DNA of 64,000 nt, taken from contig JAUWQL010000002.1 of the NCBI GenBank assembly GCA_030611105.1, positions 6,192 through 70,191 on the forward strand, given 5' to 3'. This stretch comes from Bacteroidales bacterium. Lineage in GTDB: Bacteria > Bacteroidota > Bacteroidia > Bacteroidales > UBA12077. Below are positions 53,852 through 64,000 of the stretch, piece by piece; within the stretch, counting starts at the first letter, position 1; each line of letters opens with the position of its first letter. Under the pieces are notes generated by a model, which was not told where the DNA came from, did not search any database, and worked only from the letters and a program-made list of their open reading frames with translations. Both the position numbers and the translations under genes were made by a program.

Positions 53852-55066
53852 ATGACAAGCCCAAAATCGAAAAATTTAAATAAGCTAAATCTATCTGAAA
53901 AATTTGCTGCCCCTGGTTCAGCATTAAGTATTAATCCTGAAAGTTTAGAAATTATTAATTTCTTAAAAAAATCACAGGAAGAAAACACAAAACTTACCGA
54001 TAAAATTGAGAGCCTTGAAAAAGCCCAGGATATAATTTTCGAGCAATTTAGAACTCTTGAACTACAAAGAATCGATCTTGAAAAACAACAAAAGAAATTA
54101 GAAGAAGAGAGCTATAAGTTTCGAGGTCGTACCATTGAGTTGTTTGGCAAAATGGTTGATTTAAAAAAAGCTAAAAAAACCATTAGCCAGCAAAACAAAA
54201 AACTAAAAACACAACAGCAAGAAATTGAAAGCCACCAGCTATTATTAGAAAAATCAAATCATAAATTCAGAGAAAGAACAATTGAGCTTTTTGGTAGAAT
54301 AATTGACCTTAAAAAAGCAAAAAAGACCATTGTTCAACAAAAAGAGGAAATTGAAAATCACCGTGAACAGTTAAAAACTTTAAATGCAAGCAAGGATAAA
54401 TTCTTTTCAATAATAGCACACGATCTACGTAATCCAATTGCCGGTTTTTTAAATCTTACGGAAGTATTAACAAATAATTTTGATGTTTTTTCGGAGAAAG
54501 AAAGTAAGGAATTTATAGGAGCAATGAACCAGGCATCAAAGCAATTATATAATTTGTTAGAAAACCTGTTACAGTGGTCAAGATCGCAAACGGGCAACAT
54601 TACTTATGAACCAAAATTTGTATCTGTCAGGAAAATGGTTGATAATACCATTGATGAATTAATGATTAATATCGAAAATAAAAGCATAAAAATTAACATA
54701 AATATTGACGAAAAAACCCTTGTATTTGTCGACGAAAATATGATTACAACAGTAATTCGAAACCTCATAAGCAATGCTATAAAATTTACACATCCGGAGG
54801 GTTTAATATCTATTAGATGTGTTAAAAAAGATGAACACGTTGAATTATCTGTAATTGATAATGGTGTAGGAATTAAAAAAGAAGATCAGAAAAAACTATT
54901 CAGGATTGATCAGCATTTAACTACACAAGGCACTTCAGAAGAGAGAGGAACCGGATTAGGACTGATTTTATGTAAGGAATTTATAGAGAAAAATAATGGA
55001 GAAATATGGGTCGAGAGTGAACTTAACAAAGGTTCAGCTTTTAAATTTACTTTAAAAACAGCTTAA
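53852..55066 (+). CDS. Histidine kinase with N-terminal coiled coil (internally duplicated segment)
   Basis: H-box FFSIIAHDLRNP. N-box RNLISNAIKFT. G1 DNGVGI. G2 GTGLGL. Duplicated KFR(G/E)RTIELFG(K/R)..DLKKAKKTI segment. Confidence 0.85.
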   Translation: MTSPKSKNLNKLNLSEKFAAPGSALSINPESLEIINFLKKSQEENTKLTDKIESLEKAQDIIFEQFRTLELQRIDLEKQQKKLEEESYKFRGRTIELFGKMVDLKKAKKTISQQNKKLKTQQQEIESHQLLLEKSNHKFRERTIELFGRIIDLKKAKKTIVQQKEEIENHREQLKTLNASKDKFFSIIAHDLRNPIAGFLNLTEVLTNNFDVFSEKESKEFIGAMNQASKQLYNLLENLLQWSRSQTGNITYEPKFVSVRKMVDNTIDELMINIENKSIKININIDEKTLVFVDENMITTVIRNLISNAIKFTHPEGLISIRCVKKDEHVELSVIDNGVGIKKEDQKKLFRIDQHLTTQGTSEERGTGLGLILCKEFIEKNNGEIWVESELNKGSAFKFTLKTA

Positions 55067-55803
55067 TTCAGCCTTTGCTTTACAGCCTCGTACATCAATA
55101 TAGAAGCTGCAACAGAAACATTCAACGATTCAATTTCGCCTAAGATCGGTATTTTCACCATTTGGTCGGCTACTTTCAAATATTCCATATCAACTCCCCT
55201 ATCTTCGGCTCCTAATAAAATTGCAGTTGGTATTAAGAAATCTACTTTATAATAAAAATCACTGGCCTTTTCGGTAGCTGCCACAAGCTGAATTCCACTT
55301 TGCTGCAAATACTTTATGGTTTCTGACAAGTTTTTTACCCTACAAACCGGGATTTTAAGTAAAGCACCCGCCGATGTTTTAACTGCATCGCCCGAAATTT
55401 GTGCAGAACCTTTTTCAGGTATAATAATTGCATCTACATTGGCACATTCGGCAGTTCGAGTAATTGCTCCAAAATTTCGAACATCCGTAACTTTATCAAG
55501 GATTACAATAAGCGGAGTTTTGCCGGCTTCAAATATAGAAGGTAAAATATTTTCGATATTCTGAAATTCAATAGGTGAAATAAAAGCCAGAACACCCTGG
55601 TGATTTTTCATGGTCACCCGATTTATTCTTTCATTGGGCACATACTGAAATGGTATTTGCAAATCTTTAGTCAGCTTAATTAATTCAAAAAAAAGTTCTC
55701 CTTTTAAGCCAGCCTTTATCATTAGCTTATCAATCTGCTTACCTGCTTTTATTGCTTCAATAACAGCTCTTATGCCAAATATAAAATCTTTATCTTGTTT
55801 CAT
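55063..55803 (-). CDS. rlmB: 23S rRNA (guanosine-2'-O)-methyltransferase, SpoU/TrmH family
   Basis: N-terminal SpoU_sub_bind-like FGIRAVIEAIKAG. C-terminal LLGAEDRGV and IPILGEIESLNVSVAA motifs. Confidence 0.8.
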   Translation of the reverse strand: MKQDKDFIFGIRAVIEAIKAGKQIDKLMIKAGLKGELFFELIKLTKDLQIPFQYVPNERINRVTMKNHQGVLAFISPIEFQNIENILPSIFEAGKTPLIVILDKVTDVRNFGAITRTAECANVDAIIIPEKGSAQISGDAVKTSAGALLKIPVCRVKNLSETIKYLQQSGIQLVAATEKASDFYYKVDFLIPTAILLGAEDRGVDMEYLKVADQMVKIPILGEIESLNVSVAASILMYEAVKQRLN

Positions 55804-55875
55804 GTTTTAATAATCTTATAAAATTGCAATTTATTACTTTCAATACATGCTTTCCTTATTCTATTTTTTTTGTTA

Positions 55876-55898
55876 CCTGCCAGCCGGCAAGGCAGGCT
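55876..55898. repeat. Third copy (variant) of the GC-rich palindromic motif
   Basis: CCTGCCAGCCGGCAAGGCAGGCT. Compare with 50228-50247 and 50274-50293. Confidence 0.55.
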
Positions 55899-56024
55899 CA
55901 CTCCCACAATCCATCCCACAAACCTGTTCGTGAACCTTCATGAAATCATCATTCTTTATTTAATCTTTATAAAATATTTTCGTTCTTGCTACAAGTTTGT
56001 GTTTTTAAAATCATGAAGGTTTCA

Positions 56025-57329
56025 TTACATTAAGTTTTGAAAATAAAATATTTCTCCCTTATTCCACATTTCTATAGCCTCGTCCCAACCCGTTGTTTTT
56101 AATTTAGCGCGATCTAATAGATAGTGATTTAAACTAAAAGGATTTTCAATATATTTAAATGTGAAAGTTATTCCCGTACCAATACCTGTAGGGTTATAAA
56201 TCCATTTTTCCATTTCGCCCGATTTAAACAAATAATCAGGTAATCCGTAAATAATATATATCATTCCGCGATCTGTCTGCCAACCTTCTTTAAACGATGT
56301 AAAATACATATTTGCAAACATAACCCTGTTATAATATTCTTTTAAAAGTTCTCTGGATTTATCGATATTATTCGCTTTCCTGAGCCAAAAATTATCGACT
56401 GCTAATTTTGTAAGCTTTCCGATAGAATCCGAATCAGGGATTGAATCAATCGAACCCAAATACACAATTGGTTTTGCAAGATCATCGGGTGTTCTAACAA
56501 TAGGGAATCCATCACCAAAATTATATAAAGCAAAACCCTCAGCCTTTCTGGCAAGCGATTTATAAGATTTTGTAACCACGGTAAAATAATAAACTCCTTC
56601 TTGCTGGAAATTCAGATAATTGATTGAATCGAGATGACAAGCCCAATTTGTATCGGCAACTTCAAAATTTTCTTTAGTGGTATCATTTATATATGGTGGT
56701 TGCGGAGTTTCAAAATTATTTGAAAAGAAAAACACATTTAAAGAATCTAAATCCTCTTTATAGTGCTTTATTCCGAATTGTTTTTTCTCATTTATTAATG
56801 AATTAATAACTAACACATCATTACTTTTATTATAAACAATAAAATCCTGTTCATTAATATCATTTGTTCTGTCAATTCTTCTGAATGAATATTGATTACT
56901 TTTCCTGTTTAGATCTGTTGTAATAATCTCTAAAAAGTAATTATTATCAACAAATGTATTAATTGGAATCTCCAAAGTGTGATACAAAATATCAGAGAGT
57001 TTTTCAAATTTAAATGTAGTGGTTAAACTGTCAACCAGTTTTTGTTTATTGTTTAAATCGTATAAATTGTAAATTATCTTAACTCTTGCCAAGAATTTTT
57101 TTTCAGCATTAGCCTGGTTAAATAACAATTCTTTAGTGTAAACTCTCTCTACAATAATTGAGCTGGTATCTGAAGTATTATAAACTTTTATTTCGGGATG
57201 AATTGAAGAGCTGGCCGGATCGTAAATACGGTGTAAGTTTCTTGGCACAGTTGCTTTTTTTGAAACATTGCATGAAAGAATAAAAATAGAAAGAAAAAGT
57301 AACAACAGATATTTAAGTTGATTTTTCAT
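56025..57329 (-). CDS. GWxTD domain-containing protein
   Basis: Signal/lipobox. C-terminal FKEGWQTDRGMIYIIYGLPD. Confidence 0.8.
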   Translation of the reverse strand: MKNQLKYLLLLFLSIFILSCNVSKKATVPRNLHRIYDPASSSIHPEIKVYNTSDTSSIIVERVYTKELLFNQANAEKKFLARVKIIYNLYDLNNKQKLVDSLTTTFKFEKLSDILYHTLEIPINTFVDNNYFLEIITTDLNRKSNQYSFRRIDRTNDINEQDFIVYNKSNDVLVINSLINEKKQFGIKHYKEDLDSLNVFFFSNNFETPQPPYINDTTKENFEVADTNWACHLDSINYLNFQQEGVYYFTVVTKSYKSLARKAEGFALYNFGDGFPIVRTPDDLAKPIVYLGSIDSIPDSDSIGKLTKLAVDNFWLRKANNIDKSRELLKEYYNRVMFANMYFTSFKEGWQTDRGMIYIIYGLPDYLFKSGEMEKWIYNPTGIGTGITFTFKYIENPFSLNHYLLDRAKLKTTGWDEAIEMWNKGEIFYFQNLM

Positions 57330-57338
57330 GCAATTTGG

Positions 57339-57689
57339 TTAAGATTCTGAATCATTTTTATCAATCAATTTCTCAACCTCGATTTTCAATAACGGTAAAT
57401 TTTTATTTATTATTCCCCATATAATTTCATCAACAATATTATCATACGCATGAATAATATGATTCCTTAATCCTATAATGTTTCTTGAGTTTGAAATTAT
57501 AATGTCGGGATTAATTTTCAGAATACGATTTAAAGCTTCACCAATTATTTCAAATTCTCGTTCAACAGCTTTTTTAAGCATATGGTTATTCTCATAATCA
57601 TAAAAATTTCTATTTTCTCCTAAAAAACTTTCAATATAATTGATAGATTTTAATATATCATATAAATATTTGTTTATTTTATGCTTCAT
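57339..57689 (-). CDS. hepT: HepT-like (DUF86) toxin RNase
   Basis: ATG at 57689. Rx4HxY motif in GLRNHIIHAYDNI. Overlaps the MntA stop by 11 nt. Confidence 0.8.
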   Translation of the reverse strand: MKHKINKYLYDILKSINYIESFLGENRNFYDYENNHMLKKAVEREFEIIGEALNRILKINPDIIISNSRNIIGLRNHIIHAYDNIVDEIIWGIINKNLPLLKIEVEKLIDKNDSES

Positions 57690-57987
57690 AAATCTTAATC
57701 TTAGATTTTTCAACTTCTTCCTTAAAATAAGGATTCTTGATTGATTTTTCGACAACTAAATCTATCTGTCTTTTAAGTAGTTTATTTAAAGATTCTTCTA
57801 AATCAAAAAAATTATCAGCAAAATCTAATAATGGAAGGTTGTCTTTGAAAGATATCAATAGGTCAATATCACTATTTTCATTAAATTCTTCTGAACTGGC
57901 AGAACCAAATAAAAATAATGATTTCACCATGTGGTTTTTACATAAAATATTAATTTCATTTAATTTGTTTTCAATAATTTTATTCAT
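57679..57987 (-). CDS. mntA: MntA-like nucleotidyltransferase antitoxin
   Basis: LFLFGSASSEEFNENSDIDLLISF (GSx10DxD). Confidence 0.85.
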   Translation of the reverse strand: MNKIIENKLNEINILCKNHMVKSLFLFGSASSEEFNENSDIDLLISFKDNLPLLDFADNFFDLEESLNKLLKRQIDLVVEKSIKNPYFKEEVEKSKIKIYEA

Positions 57988-58058
57988 GGTTCTTATCTAA
58001 AGTTATCTTTAAAAATTCAGTTGTTTTTACTTTTCAATTAACATGAATGTAAAGATAA

Positions 58059-59999
58059 TCAATTTCTTTGTTGTTTCAGGTCTTCTAAAGATTCATGTAT
58101 ATTTTCCCAGATTTTCATTTCAGATTCCAGCTGTTTTTTAAGTTCATCGTATTTCGAAAACAAAGAAGGATTATTATTCATTTTTTCAGGATCAGATAAA
58201 ACTTCACTTATCTGTTCCATCTCTGTTTCAATATTCTCTATTTTTGACTCACTATCTTTTACTTTATTTTCTACCTTCCTGATTTGCTTTTCCAGTTCCT
58301 TCCGTTCAAGATACGATTGTTTATTTCCCGAAATCTTATTTCCTTTGGATTTAGAAGCTTGTTTTTCTCTCCTCTCTAATTCTTTAAGATTCTCCAGTTT
58401 CCTCTTTCTTAAAAAATCATATATTCCACCAATATGTTCCCGAATTTTTTTATCTCTGAATTCGTACGTTTTTTCAACAAGATCATCAAGAAACTCCCTG
58501 TCGTGTGAAACAATAATTAAAGTTCCCTCAAAATCTTTTAAAGCCTTTTTAAGAATATCCTTCGATCGCATATCCAGATGATTTGTTGGCTCATCGAGAA
58601 CAAGCAAATTGTACGGTTTTAACAACAGTTTCGTCATTGCCAATCGTGACCGTTCACCCCCCGATAAAACTTTAACTTTTTTGTCAATGTCTTCGCCTCC
58701 AAAAAGGAAGGCTCCCAAGATGTCCCTTATCTTAGTCCTCACATCGCCAACAGCAATATCATCAATGGTTTGAAAAACAGTTTTGTTTTCTTCTAATAAT
58801 TCATCCTGGTTTTGAGCAAAATACCCAATTGCAACATTATGACCTATTTTCAATTCTCCATTATAATCAAGATCACCAACAATTATTCTGGAGAGTGTTG
58901 TTTTCCCCTCGCCATTTCTACCCACAAATGCTATTTTTTCGCCACGTGTAATTGTTAACTCAATATCTTTAAATACCAAAAGATCATCATAATTTTTAGA
59001 AACATTTTTTGTTCGAACTACCAGATCACCTGAACGCGGAGCAGGTGGAAACTTTATGTTTATAGCTGCAGTATCCTGTTCATCAACCTCAATACGATCA
59101 ATTTTTGCAAGTTGTTTAATTCGCGATTGAACCTGAACCGCTTTTGTAGCTTTGTATCTGAATCTTTCAATAAACTCCTCAGTTTCTTCAATTAATTTCC
59201 GCTGATTTCGATAAGCCGCCAATTGCTGCTCCCTTCTTTCCTTTCGTAAAACCTCGTATTTAGAATACGGAACATTATAATCGTAAATCTTACCCAGTGA
59301 AATTTCAGCTGTTCTCCCGGTAATATTATCGAGGAATGCTCTATCGTGCGAAATAAGAACAACAGCTCCGGGATAATCTATCAAAAAATCTTCGAACCAT
59401 TGAATAGCTTCAATGTCAAGATGATTTGTAGGCTCATCAAGTAATAATACATTTGGTTTTTGTAATAAGATTTTTGCTAATTCAATCCGCATACGCCAAC
59501 CATCACTAAATTCTACAGTTTGACGATTAAAATCGGCAGTTTTAAATCCCAAACCTAATAATGTTTGTTCAATACTGGCCTCAATTGATCCACCACCAAG
59601 TAGTTGATACCTATCACTCGCTTCTGATAAATCATGAATTAGTTTTGAATATGCCGGTGATTCGTAATCTGTTCTATCTGCAAGCTTTATATTGATCTTC
59701 TTAATTTTTTCATCGAGTTGTAAAATATCGGAAAAGGCTTCACGGGATTCTTCAAAAACAGTCCGACTATCTTTACAGACCATATTTTGTGGAAGGTATC
59801 CCAAACTAATGTCAGAAGGAACGGTTACAGTCCCTTTTGTTGGAACTTGAATTCCCATAAATACTTTTAGCAAAGTAGATTTACCTGCTCCATTTTTCCC
59901 AACCAATCCAATCCGGTCTTTTTGGTTAATTAAAAAAGAAACATCATTAAATAATTGGAAACCTCCAAACTCAACTGTTAACCGATCAACAGAAATCAT
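58059..59999 (-). CDS. ABC-F family ATPase (two ABC domains, C-terminal coiled coil)
   Basis: ATG at 59999 (MISVDRLTVEFGG). Two Walker A motifs (GKNGAGKST, GRNGEGKTT). Signatures FSDGWRMR and LSGGERSR. No TM domains. Confidence 0.9.
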   Translation of the reverse strand: MISVDRLTVEFGGFQLFNDVSFLINQKDRIGLVGKNGAGKSTLLKVFMGIQVPTKGTVTVPSDISLGYLPQNMVCKDSRTVFEESREAFSDILQLDEKIKKINIKLADRTDYESPAYSKLIHDLSEASDRYQLLGGGSIEASIEQTLLGLGFKTADFNRQTVEFSDGWRMRIELAKILLQKPNVLLLDEPTNHLDIEAIQWFEDFLIDYPGAVVLISHDRAFLDNITGRTAEISLGKIYDYNVPYSKYEVLRKERREQQLAAYRNQRKLIEETEEFIERFRYKATKAVQVQSRIKQLAKIDRIEVDEQDTAAINIKFPPAPRSGDLVVRTKNVSKNYDDLLVFKDIELTITRGEKIAFVGRNGEGKTTLSRIIVGDLDYNGELKIGHNVAIGYFAQNQDELLEENKTVFQTIDDIAVGDVRTKIRDILGAFLFGGEDIDKKVKVLSGGERSRLAMTKLLLKPYNLLVLDEPTNHLDMRSKDILKKALKDFEGTLIIVSHDREFLDDLVEKTYEFRDKKIREHIGGIYDFLRKRKLENLKELERREKQASKSKGNKISGNKQSYLERKELEKQIRKVENKVKDSESKIENIETEMEQISEVLSDPEKMNNNPSLFSKYDELKKQLESEMKIWENIHESLEDLKQQRN

Positions 60000-60216
60000 A
60001 TTAATAAATAATTTCCGCAAAGATAGAATTATAAGATAAATAGACTTCAATTCTTCTATTTAAATTACGAATGTAAATTGATTCTTATTTTCGATGTCAG
60101 ATAGCTTTTGGCAATTGGCTGTTAGCAATTTAATTTACAGAGTTACTATTTTACTATTAAACCAATAAACCATTAAACTTAAATTATATCTTTGTCAAAA
60201 ATTAAATTTATCTGAA

Positions 60217-61626
60217 GTGGGAAGAAAAAAAAGAACGTTACCCTTACTTGAAAAGCTTGAAATTATTGATATTGCAGCAGAAGGGAAAGCTATTGCTAAA
60301 ATTGATAATAAAGTTGTTTTTGTTACACAAGCTGTTCCGGGCGATATAGTTGATGTACAGGTTACAAAAAAACGAAAGAGTTTTATGGAAGCTATTCCTG
60401 TAAAGTTTCATAAATATTCGGATATTAGGGTTGAACCTTTCTGCGAACACTTTGGAGTTTGTGGCGGCTGTAAATGGCAAAATCTTCCGTACGAGGAACA
60501 ATTAAAGTATAAGTACCAGCAAGTTATCGATAATTTAGAGCGCATCGCAAAAGTTGAATTACCTAAAATTGATTATATACTTCCATCAAATAAAACCACT
60601 TATTATAGGAATAAACTTGAATTTACCTTTTCGAATAAACGTTGGTTAACAAAAGAAGAAATAAATACTCAAGACACATTTGAAAAAAGTAATGCTTTAG
60701 GTTTTCATGTTCCAAAAATATGGGATAAAATTGTAAATATTAATAGTTGTTATTTACAAGAAGAACCTTCAAATACAATCAGGCTTGAAATAAAGAAATA
60801 CGCTGACGAAAACAATCTTACATATTTTGATTTAAGAAAACAAGAAGGCTTACTGAGAAATGTAATTATAAGAACGTCAACCACAAAAGAACTTATGGTT
60901 ATTGTTGTTTTCTTTTATGATGATCAGAAAATCATAAATTCTTTATTAAATCATATCGCGGATAAATTCCCGGAAATTACCTCGTTAATGTATATCGTAA
61001 ATTCCAAAGCGAATGATTCAATATCCGATCAGAAAGTAATTTGTTTTAAAGGAAAAGATCATTTTTTCGAACAAATGGAAGATTTAAAGTTTAAAATCGG
61101 TCCAAAATCTTTCTATCAGACTAATTCTGAACAAGCATATAATTTATATTGTAAAACGAGAGAATTTGCCGATTTAACAGGTAATGAAATTGTTTATGAT
61201 CTTTACACGGGAACAGGAACTATAGCAAATTTTGTAGCAAAAAAAGCAAAAAAAGTTATTGGAATTGAGTTTATTCCTGAAGCTATTGAAGATGCAAAAG
61301 TAAATTCTGAAATTAATAATATTACTAATACTGATTTCTTTGCCGGAGATATGAAAGATATCCTCACCACTGATTTCTTTAAAAAACATGGTAATCCCGA
61401 CCTTATTATTTCCGATCCTCCGCGAGCCGGCATGCACAAAAATGTTATTGAATCAATTCTTAAAGCAAATCCACAGAAAATAGTTTATGTAAGTTGTAAT
61501 CCGGCAACGCAGGCAAGAGATATTAATTTATTGGATACTAATTATAAGATTGTAAAAGTTCAACCTGTAGATATGTTTCCACATACTCATCATGTTGAAA
61601 ATATTGTTTTGCTCGAACGAAGATAA
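60217..61626 (+). CDS. rlmD: 23S rRNA (uracil-5-)-methyltransferase RlmD/RumA family
   Basis: GTG start. TRAM domain. Fe-S Cys cluster CEHFGVCGGCKWQ. SAM motif DLYTGTGT. Catalytic VYVSCNPAT. Confidence 0.85.
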   Translation: MGRKKRTLPLLEKLEIIDIAAEGKAIAKIDNKVVFVTQAVPGDIVDVQVTKKRKSFMEAIPVKFHKYSDIRVEPFCEHFGVCGGCKWQNLPYEEQLKYKYQQVIDNLERIAKVELPKIDYILPSNKTTYYRNKLEFTFSNKRWLTKEEINTQDTFEKSNALGFHVPKIWDKIVNINSCYLQEEPSNTIRLEIKKYADENNLTYFDLRKQEGLLRNVIIRTSTTKELMVIVVFFYDDQKIINSLLNHIADKFPEITSLMYIVNSKANDSISDQKVICFKGKDHFFEQMEDLKFKIGPKSFYQTNSEQAYNLYCKTREFADLTGNEIVYDLYTGTGTIANFVAKKAKKVIGIEFIPEAIEDAKVNSEINNITNTDFFAGDMKDILTTDFFKKHGNPDLIISDPPRAGMHKNVIESILKANPQKIVYVSCNPATQARDINLLDTNYKIVKVQPVDMFPHTHHVENIVLLERR

Positions 61627-61741
61627 TACATTTTAAAGGCAGGTCATTAATGTTCATTTCACATTAAACGTTATCTGTCAATCAATCACGAATTCCATGT
61701 TTGATAATTAATATTATTTACTTAAATTAGCTATCCTTATT

Positions 61742-61790
61742 ACTGGGATTTAAACAATATCATTTAATTTATATCCCAGTTTTGTTTTTT
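61742..61790 (+). terminator. Hairpin terminator
   Basis: ACTGGGAT (61742-61749) pairs with ATCCCAGT (61773-61780), followed by TTTGTTTTTT. Confidence 0.45.
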
Positions 61791-61803
61791 ATCTAGTTTG
61801 AAA

Positions 61804-63195
61804 ATGAAACAAAATATATCAGATTCTTATAAAAAAGAAAATTACAGTTATACTGATTTACTTTTTGGGAACCGAGAAAATTATAGTCTGGAACACCGGT
61901 TCTTTAATTCAGTGAGTCTTTTTTCTGCCTTGGCAGCCTGTTTTGCAAGTATTACAAATATTGCTTTACAACTTAATTTAAAACTAACTTTCTTCACAAT
62001 ATTTTCAACCGTAGTATTATTTATATTTTACTACATATCCAGAAAAAGAAAAATATTTAAACCTATAATTACCCCCTATATAATTTATTCTTTAATAATA
62101 CTTTCAATAGTTTGGTTTTTTAATGCCGGCTCCGAGGGCCCTGTGGTATTTGTTTATCTGGTTGGTCTGATTATTTTTGTAATAATTACCGAAGGAAAAA
62201 ACCGGATTATTGTTATTACCGGCTTTTTGTTAAACTTAATTTTCTTATTTTATCTTGAAAGAAAATTCCCAAATTTAATTACTCCTTATGAAAGTGACTT
62301 TATAAAATTCTATGATGTAACAATTACCTTCCTTTTTTCTTTTGTGCTTATATACTTTGTTGTTGCAATACTAGTAAAAAGTTATCGCGAAGAAAAGGCT
62401 ATTTCTACCTCACAAAAAGATGAACTAATATTTCAGAAAAAACAAATTACTGATAGTATCCAATATGCTAAAAGTTTGCAAACCGGTATGTTAACAGGAC
62501 AAAAAACAATAAAAAAGATACTTCCTGATTATTTCATATTTTATCTTCCAAAAGATATAGTAAGTGGAGATTTCTATTGGGTAAAGAAAATAAATGATTT
62601 TACTCTTATTGCTACTGCAGACTGCACAGGACATGGAATTGCAGGAGCTTTCATGAGTGTTTTAGGTATATCTTTACTAAACGAAATTGTTCGCAGAAAA
62701 GAAATTACTAAAGCAAATCAAACGCTTGAAATTTTAAGATATGAATTAAAAGACACCTTAAATCAAACGGAAAATGATTATTCGCACAATAGTGGTATAG
62801 ACATAGCACTATGTGTAATTAATCATAAAGAAAAGATAATACAATATGCAGGAGCAAATGCACCATTATATCTTATCAGAGACAATAAACTTATAGAATA
62901 TAAACCTACACGAAACCCTATTGGCGTAACCCCTATTGAAATTCCTTTCCAAAATAACGAAATTGAATATGAAGAAGGAGATATTTTTTATCTGTTCTCG
63001 GACGGATTAATGGATCAATTTGGAGGTGATGATGGTAAAAAATTTCTTTCAAGAAGATTTAAACACCTGTTATTAGAAATTCACAATGAGCCTCTCGAAA
63101 CCCAAAGAAATCTTATTAAACTAAGTTTAAGTAACTGGATGGATAATAAATATGAGCAGATTGATGACATAATGGTCCTTGGATTTAAACCATAA
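61804..63195 (+). CDS. Membrane-anchored PP2C/SpoIIE-family phosphatase
   Basis: About 6-7 N-terminal TM segments. SGDFYW and DCTGHGIAGAFMS motifs. C-terminal DDIMVLG. Confidence 0.8.
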   Translation: MKQNISDSYKKENYSYTDLLFGNRENYSLEHRFFNSVSLFSALAACFASITNIALQLNLKLTFFTIFSTVVLFIFYYISRKRKIFKPIITPYIIYSLIILSIVWFFNAGSEGPVVFVYLVGLIIFVIITEGKNRIIVITGFLLNLIFLFYLERKFPNLITPYESDFIKFYDVTITFLFSFVLIYFVVAILVKSYREEKAISTSQKDELIFQKKQITDSIQYAKSLQTGMLTGQKTIKKILPDYFIFYLPKDIVSGDFYWVKKINDFTLIATADCTGHGIAGAFMSVLGISLLNEIVRRKEITKANQTLEILRYELKDTLNQTENDYSHNSGIDIALCVINHKEKIIQYAGANAPLYLIRDNKLIEYKPTRNPIGVTPIEIPFQNNEIEYEEGDIFYLFSDGLMDQFGGDDGKKFLSRRFKHLLLEIHNEPLETQRNLIKLSLSNWMDNKYEQIDDIMVLGFKP

Positions 63196-63218
63196 AAACT
63201 ATTCATCTTTCGGATAAA

Positions 63219-64000
63219 TCATAAATATTTGCTGATCATCGTTAAAATTTTTGGAGCTGAAATAGGCTTTTCAAGTATATCATTAAAAATATTCCTTGTG
63301 GTAAACATAAAATCTGCTGAGGCTAAATAAGCCGATTGTGCAATAACGGGTATATCAGGCAATTGTTTTTTTATTAAACCAGTAGCTTCAACACCATCCA
63401 TTTCAGGCATTTTTATGTCCATTAAAATTAAATCAATTTTATTTTTTTGACAAATATCTACAGCATCTTTACCATCTTTAGCCCGTAAAATTTTAGCTTT
63501 TGTATTTGATAATAGCACTTTAAAATAAGAGAAATTACTATCTTCATCTTCTGCAATAAGAATTGTTTTATCAGGCCAATTATAATTTGCAGTAAAGTCA
63601 GGTTTCTCATCAACCAGCTTTTCTTCTTCTGATATTTTATCACAAGGAACTGTAAAGTAAAATTCAGTACCATTGTTGATTTTTGATTTAAGCCAGATTT
63701 TACCACCGAGTAAATCAACAAGACCCTTGGAAATTGCTAATCCCAGTCCCGCCCCTCTATATAATTTTTTTATATCAGTTTCTATTTTGGTAAATCTTTC
63801 AAATATATTTTTTTGTTGTTCTTCGGATATACCAATACCTGTATCTTTAACAAAAAACTTGACGCAAGGCTGAGCTGATTGATTATCAATATTATATCCG
63901 AATTCGACTGAGCCTTTTTCTGTAAATTTTAAAGCATTATCAATTAAGTTTGATAAAATTTGTTTAATGCGAAACTGATCACAATATATCTTAATATTTA
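63219..64000 (-). CDS. Hybrid sensor histidine kinase, C-terminal part (HATPase_c + receiver); 5' end beyond the right edge
   Basis: The minus-strand frame is open from the window edge: ...FRIKQILSNLIDNALKFTEKG...KDTGIGISEE...GAGLGLAISKGLVDLLGG...TILIAEDEDSNF...LILMDIKMPEMDG. The track reports only the last 99 aa. Confidence 0.8.
   Translation of the reverse strand, partial: NIKIYCDQFRIKQILSNLIDNALKFTEKGSVEFGYNIDNQSAQPCVKFFVKDTGIGISEEQQKNIFERFTKIETDIKKLYRGAGLGLAISKGLVDLLGGKIWLKSKINNGTEFYFTVPCDKISEEEKLVDEKPDFTANYNWPDKTILIAEDEDSNFSYFKVLLSNTKAKILRAKDGKDAVDICQKNKIDLILMDIKMPEMDGVEATGLIKKQLPDIPVIAQSAYLASADFMFTTRNIFNDILEKPISAPKILTMISKYL

Overview
This is an AT-rich, Bacteroidota-like chromosomal segment. 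The signs are TAnnTTTG-type -7 boxes, no Shine-Dalgarno sequences, and genes for DUF6443-RHS, GWxTD and GxxExxY proteins. All calls come from reading the sequence and ORF translations by eye; no database search was possible.

Left third (1 to about 20.9 kb): this looks horizontally acquired.
- A CHC2 primase (partial at the left edge) and an XRE regulator.
- A minus-strand polymorphic-toxin cassette: a 2256-aa SpvB-like/YD/13x Ig-like surface protein, a DUF6443-RHS protein with a C-terminal HExxH toxin tail, and a secreted YwqK-like immunity candidate.
- An orphan type IV pilus-like trio: pilin, short A24 peptidase and PilB/GspE ATPase.
- A 21-nt copy of a tmRNA 3' end (att-like), followed by a decayed second islet: integrase N-terminal fragment, HipBA, metallophosphoesterase, wHTH plus nucleotidyltransferase pair, and an R-M gene fragment.

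21-37 kb: mostly core metabolism and housekeeping.
- Acyl-CoA dehydrogenase, fused isobutyryl-CoA mutase IcmF, a butyrate-kinase-like gene and an acyl-CoA ligase.
- A MerR/B12 regulator next to an ECF sigma factor (LitR/LitS-like), an S8 peptidase and PPIases.

36.3-38.1 kb: two disrupted genes, an in-frame TAA in a cyclophilin gene (within the block above) and an A8 frameshift in an acyl-ACP thioesterase gene that abuts HlyD.

38.1-50.0 kb: the most unusual region. An unannotated 51-aa double-glycine-leader peptide gene heads a co-oriented string:
- a TPR anti-sigma-like membrane protein,
- a HisKA protein with a degenerate ATPase domain,
- a stand-alone LytTR protein,
- a C39-peptidase ABC exporter,
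- a GxxExxY insertion,
- HlyD.
This string lies next to an exported TPR-CHAT protease, a paralogous TPR anti-sigma-like protein and two ECF sigma modules. I read this as a candidate peptide-signalling / regulated-proteolysis system that has not been characterised.

50-64 kb: housekeeping and sensory genes.
- M64 peptidase, MscS, histidine kinases, RlmB, GWxTD, ABC-F, RlmD and a SpoIIE phosphatase.
- A MntA/HepT toxin-antitoxin pair.
- A small YDYQAD-repeat protein.
- A structured intergenic repeat cluster at about 50.0-50.3 kb.

No rRNA gene, complete tRNA gene or CRISPR array was seen.
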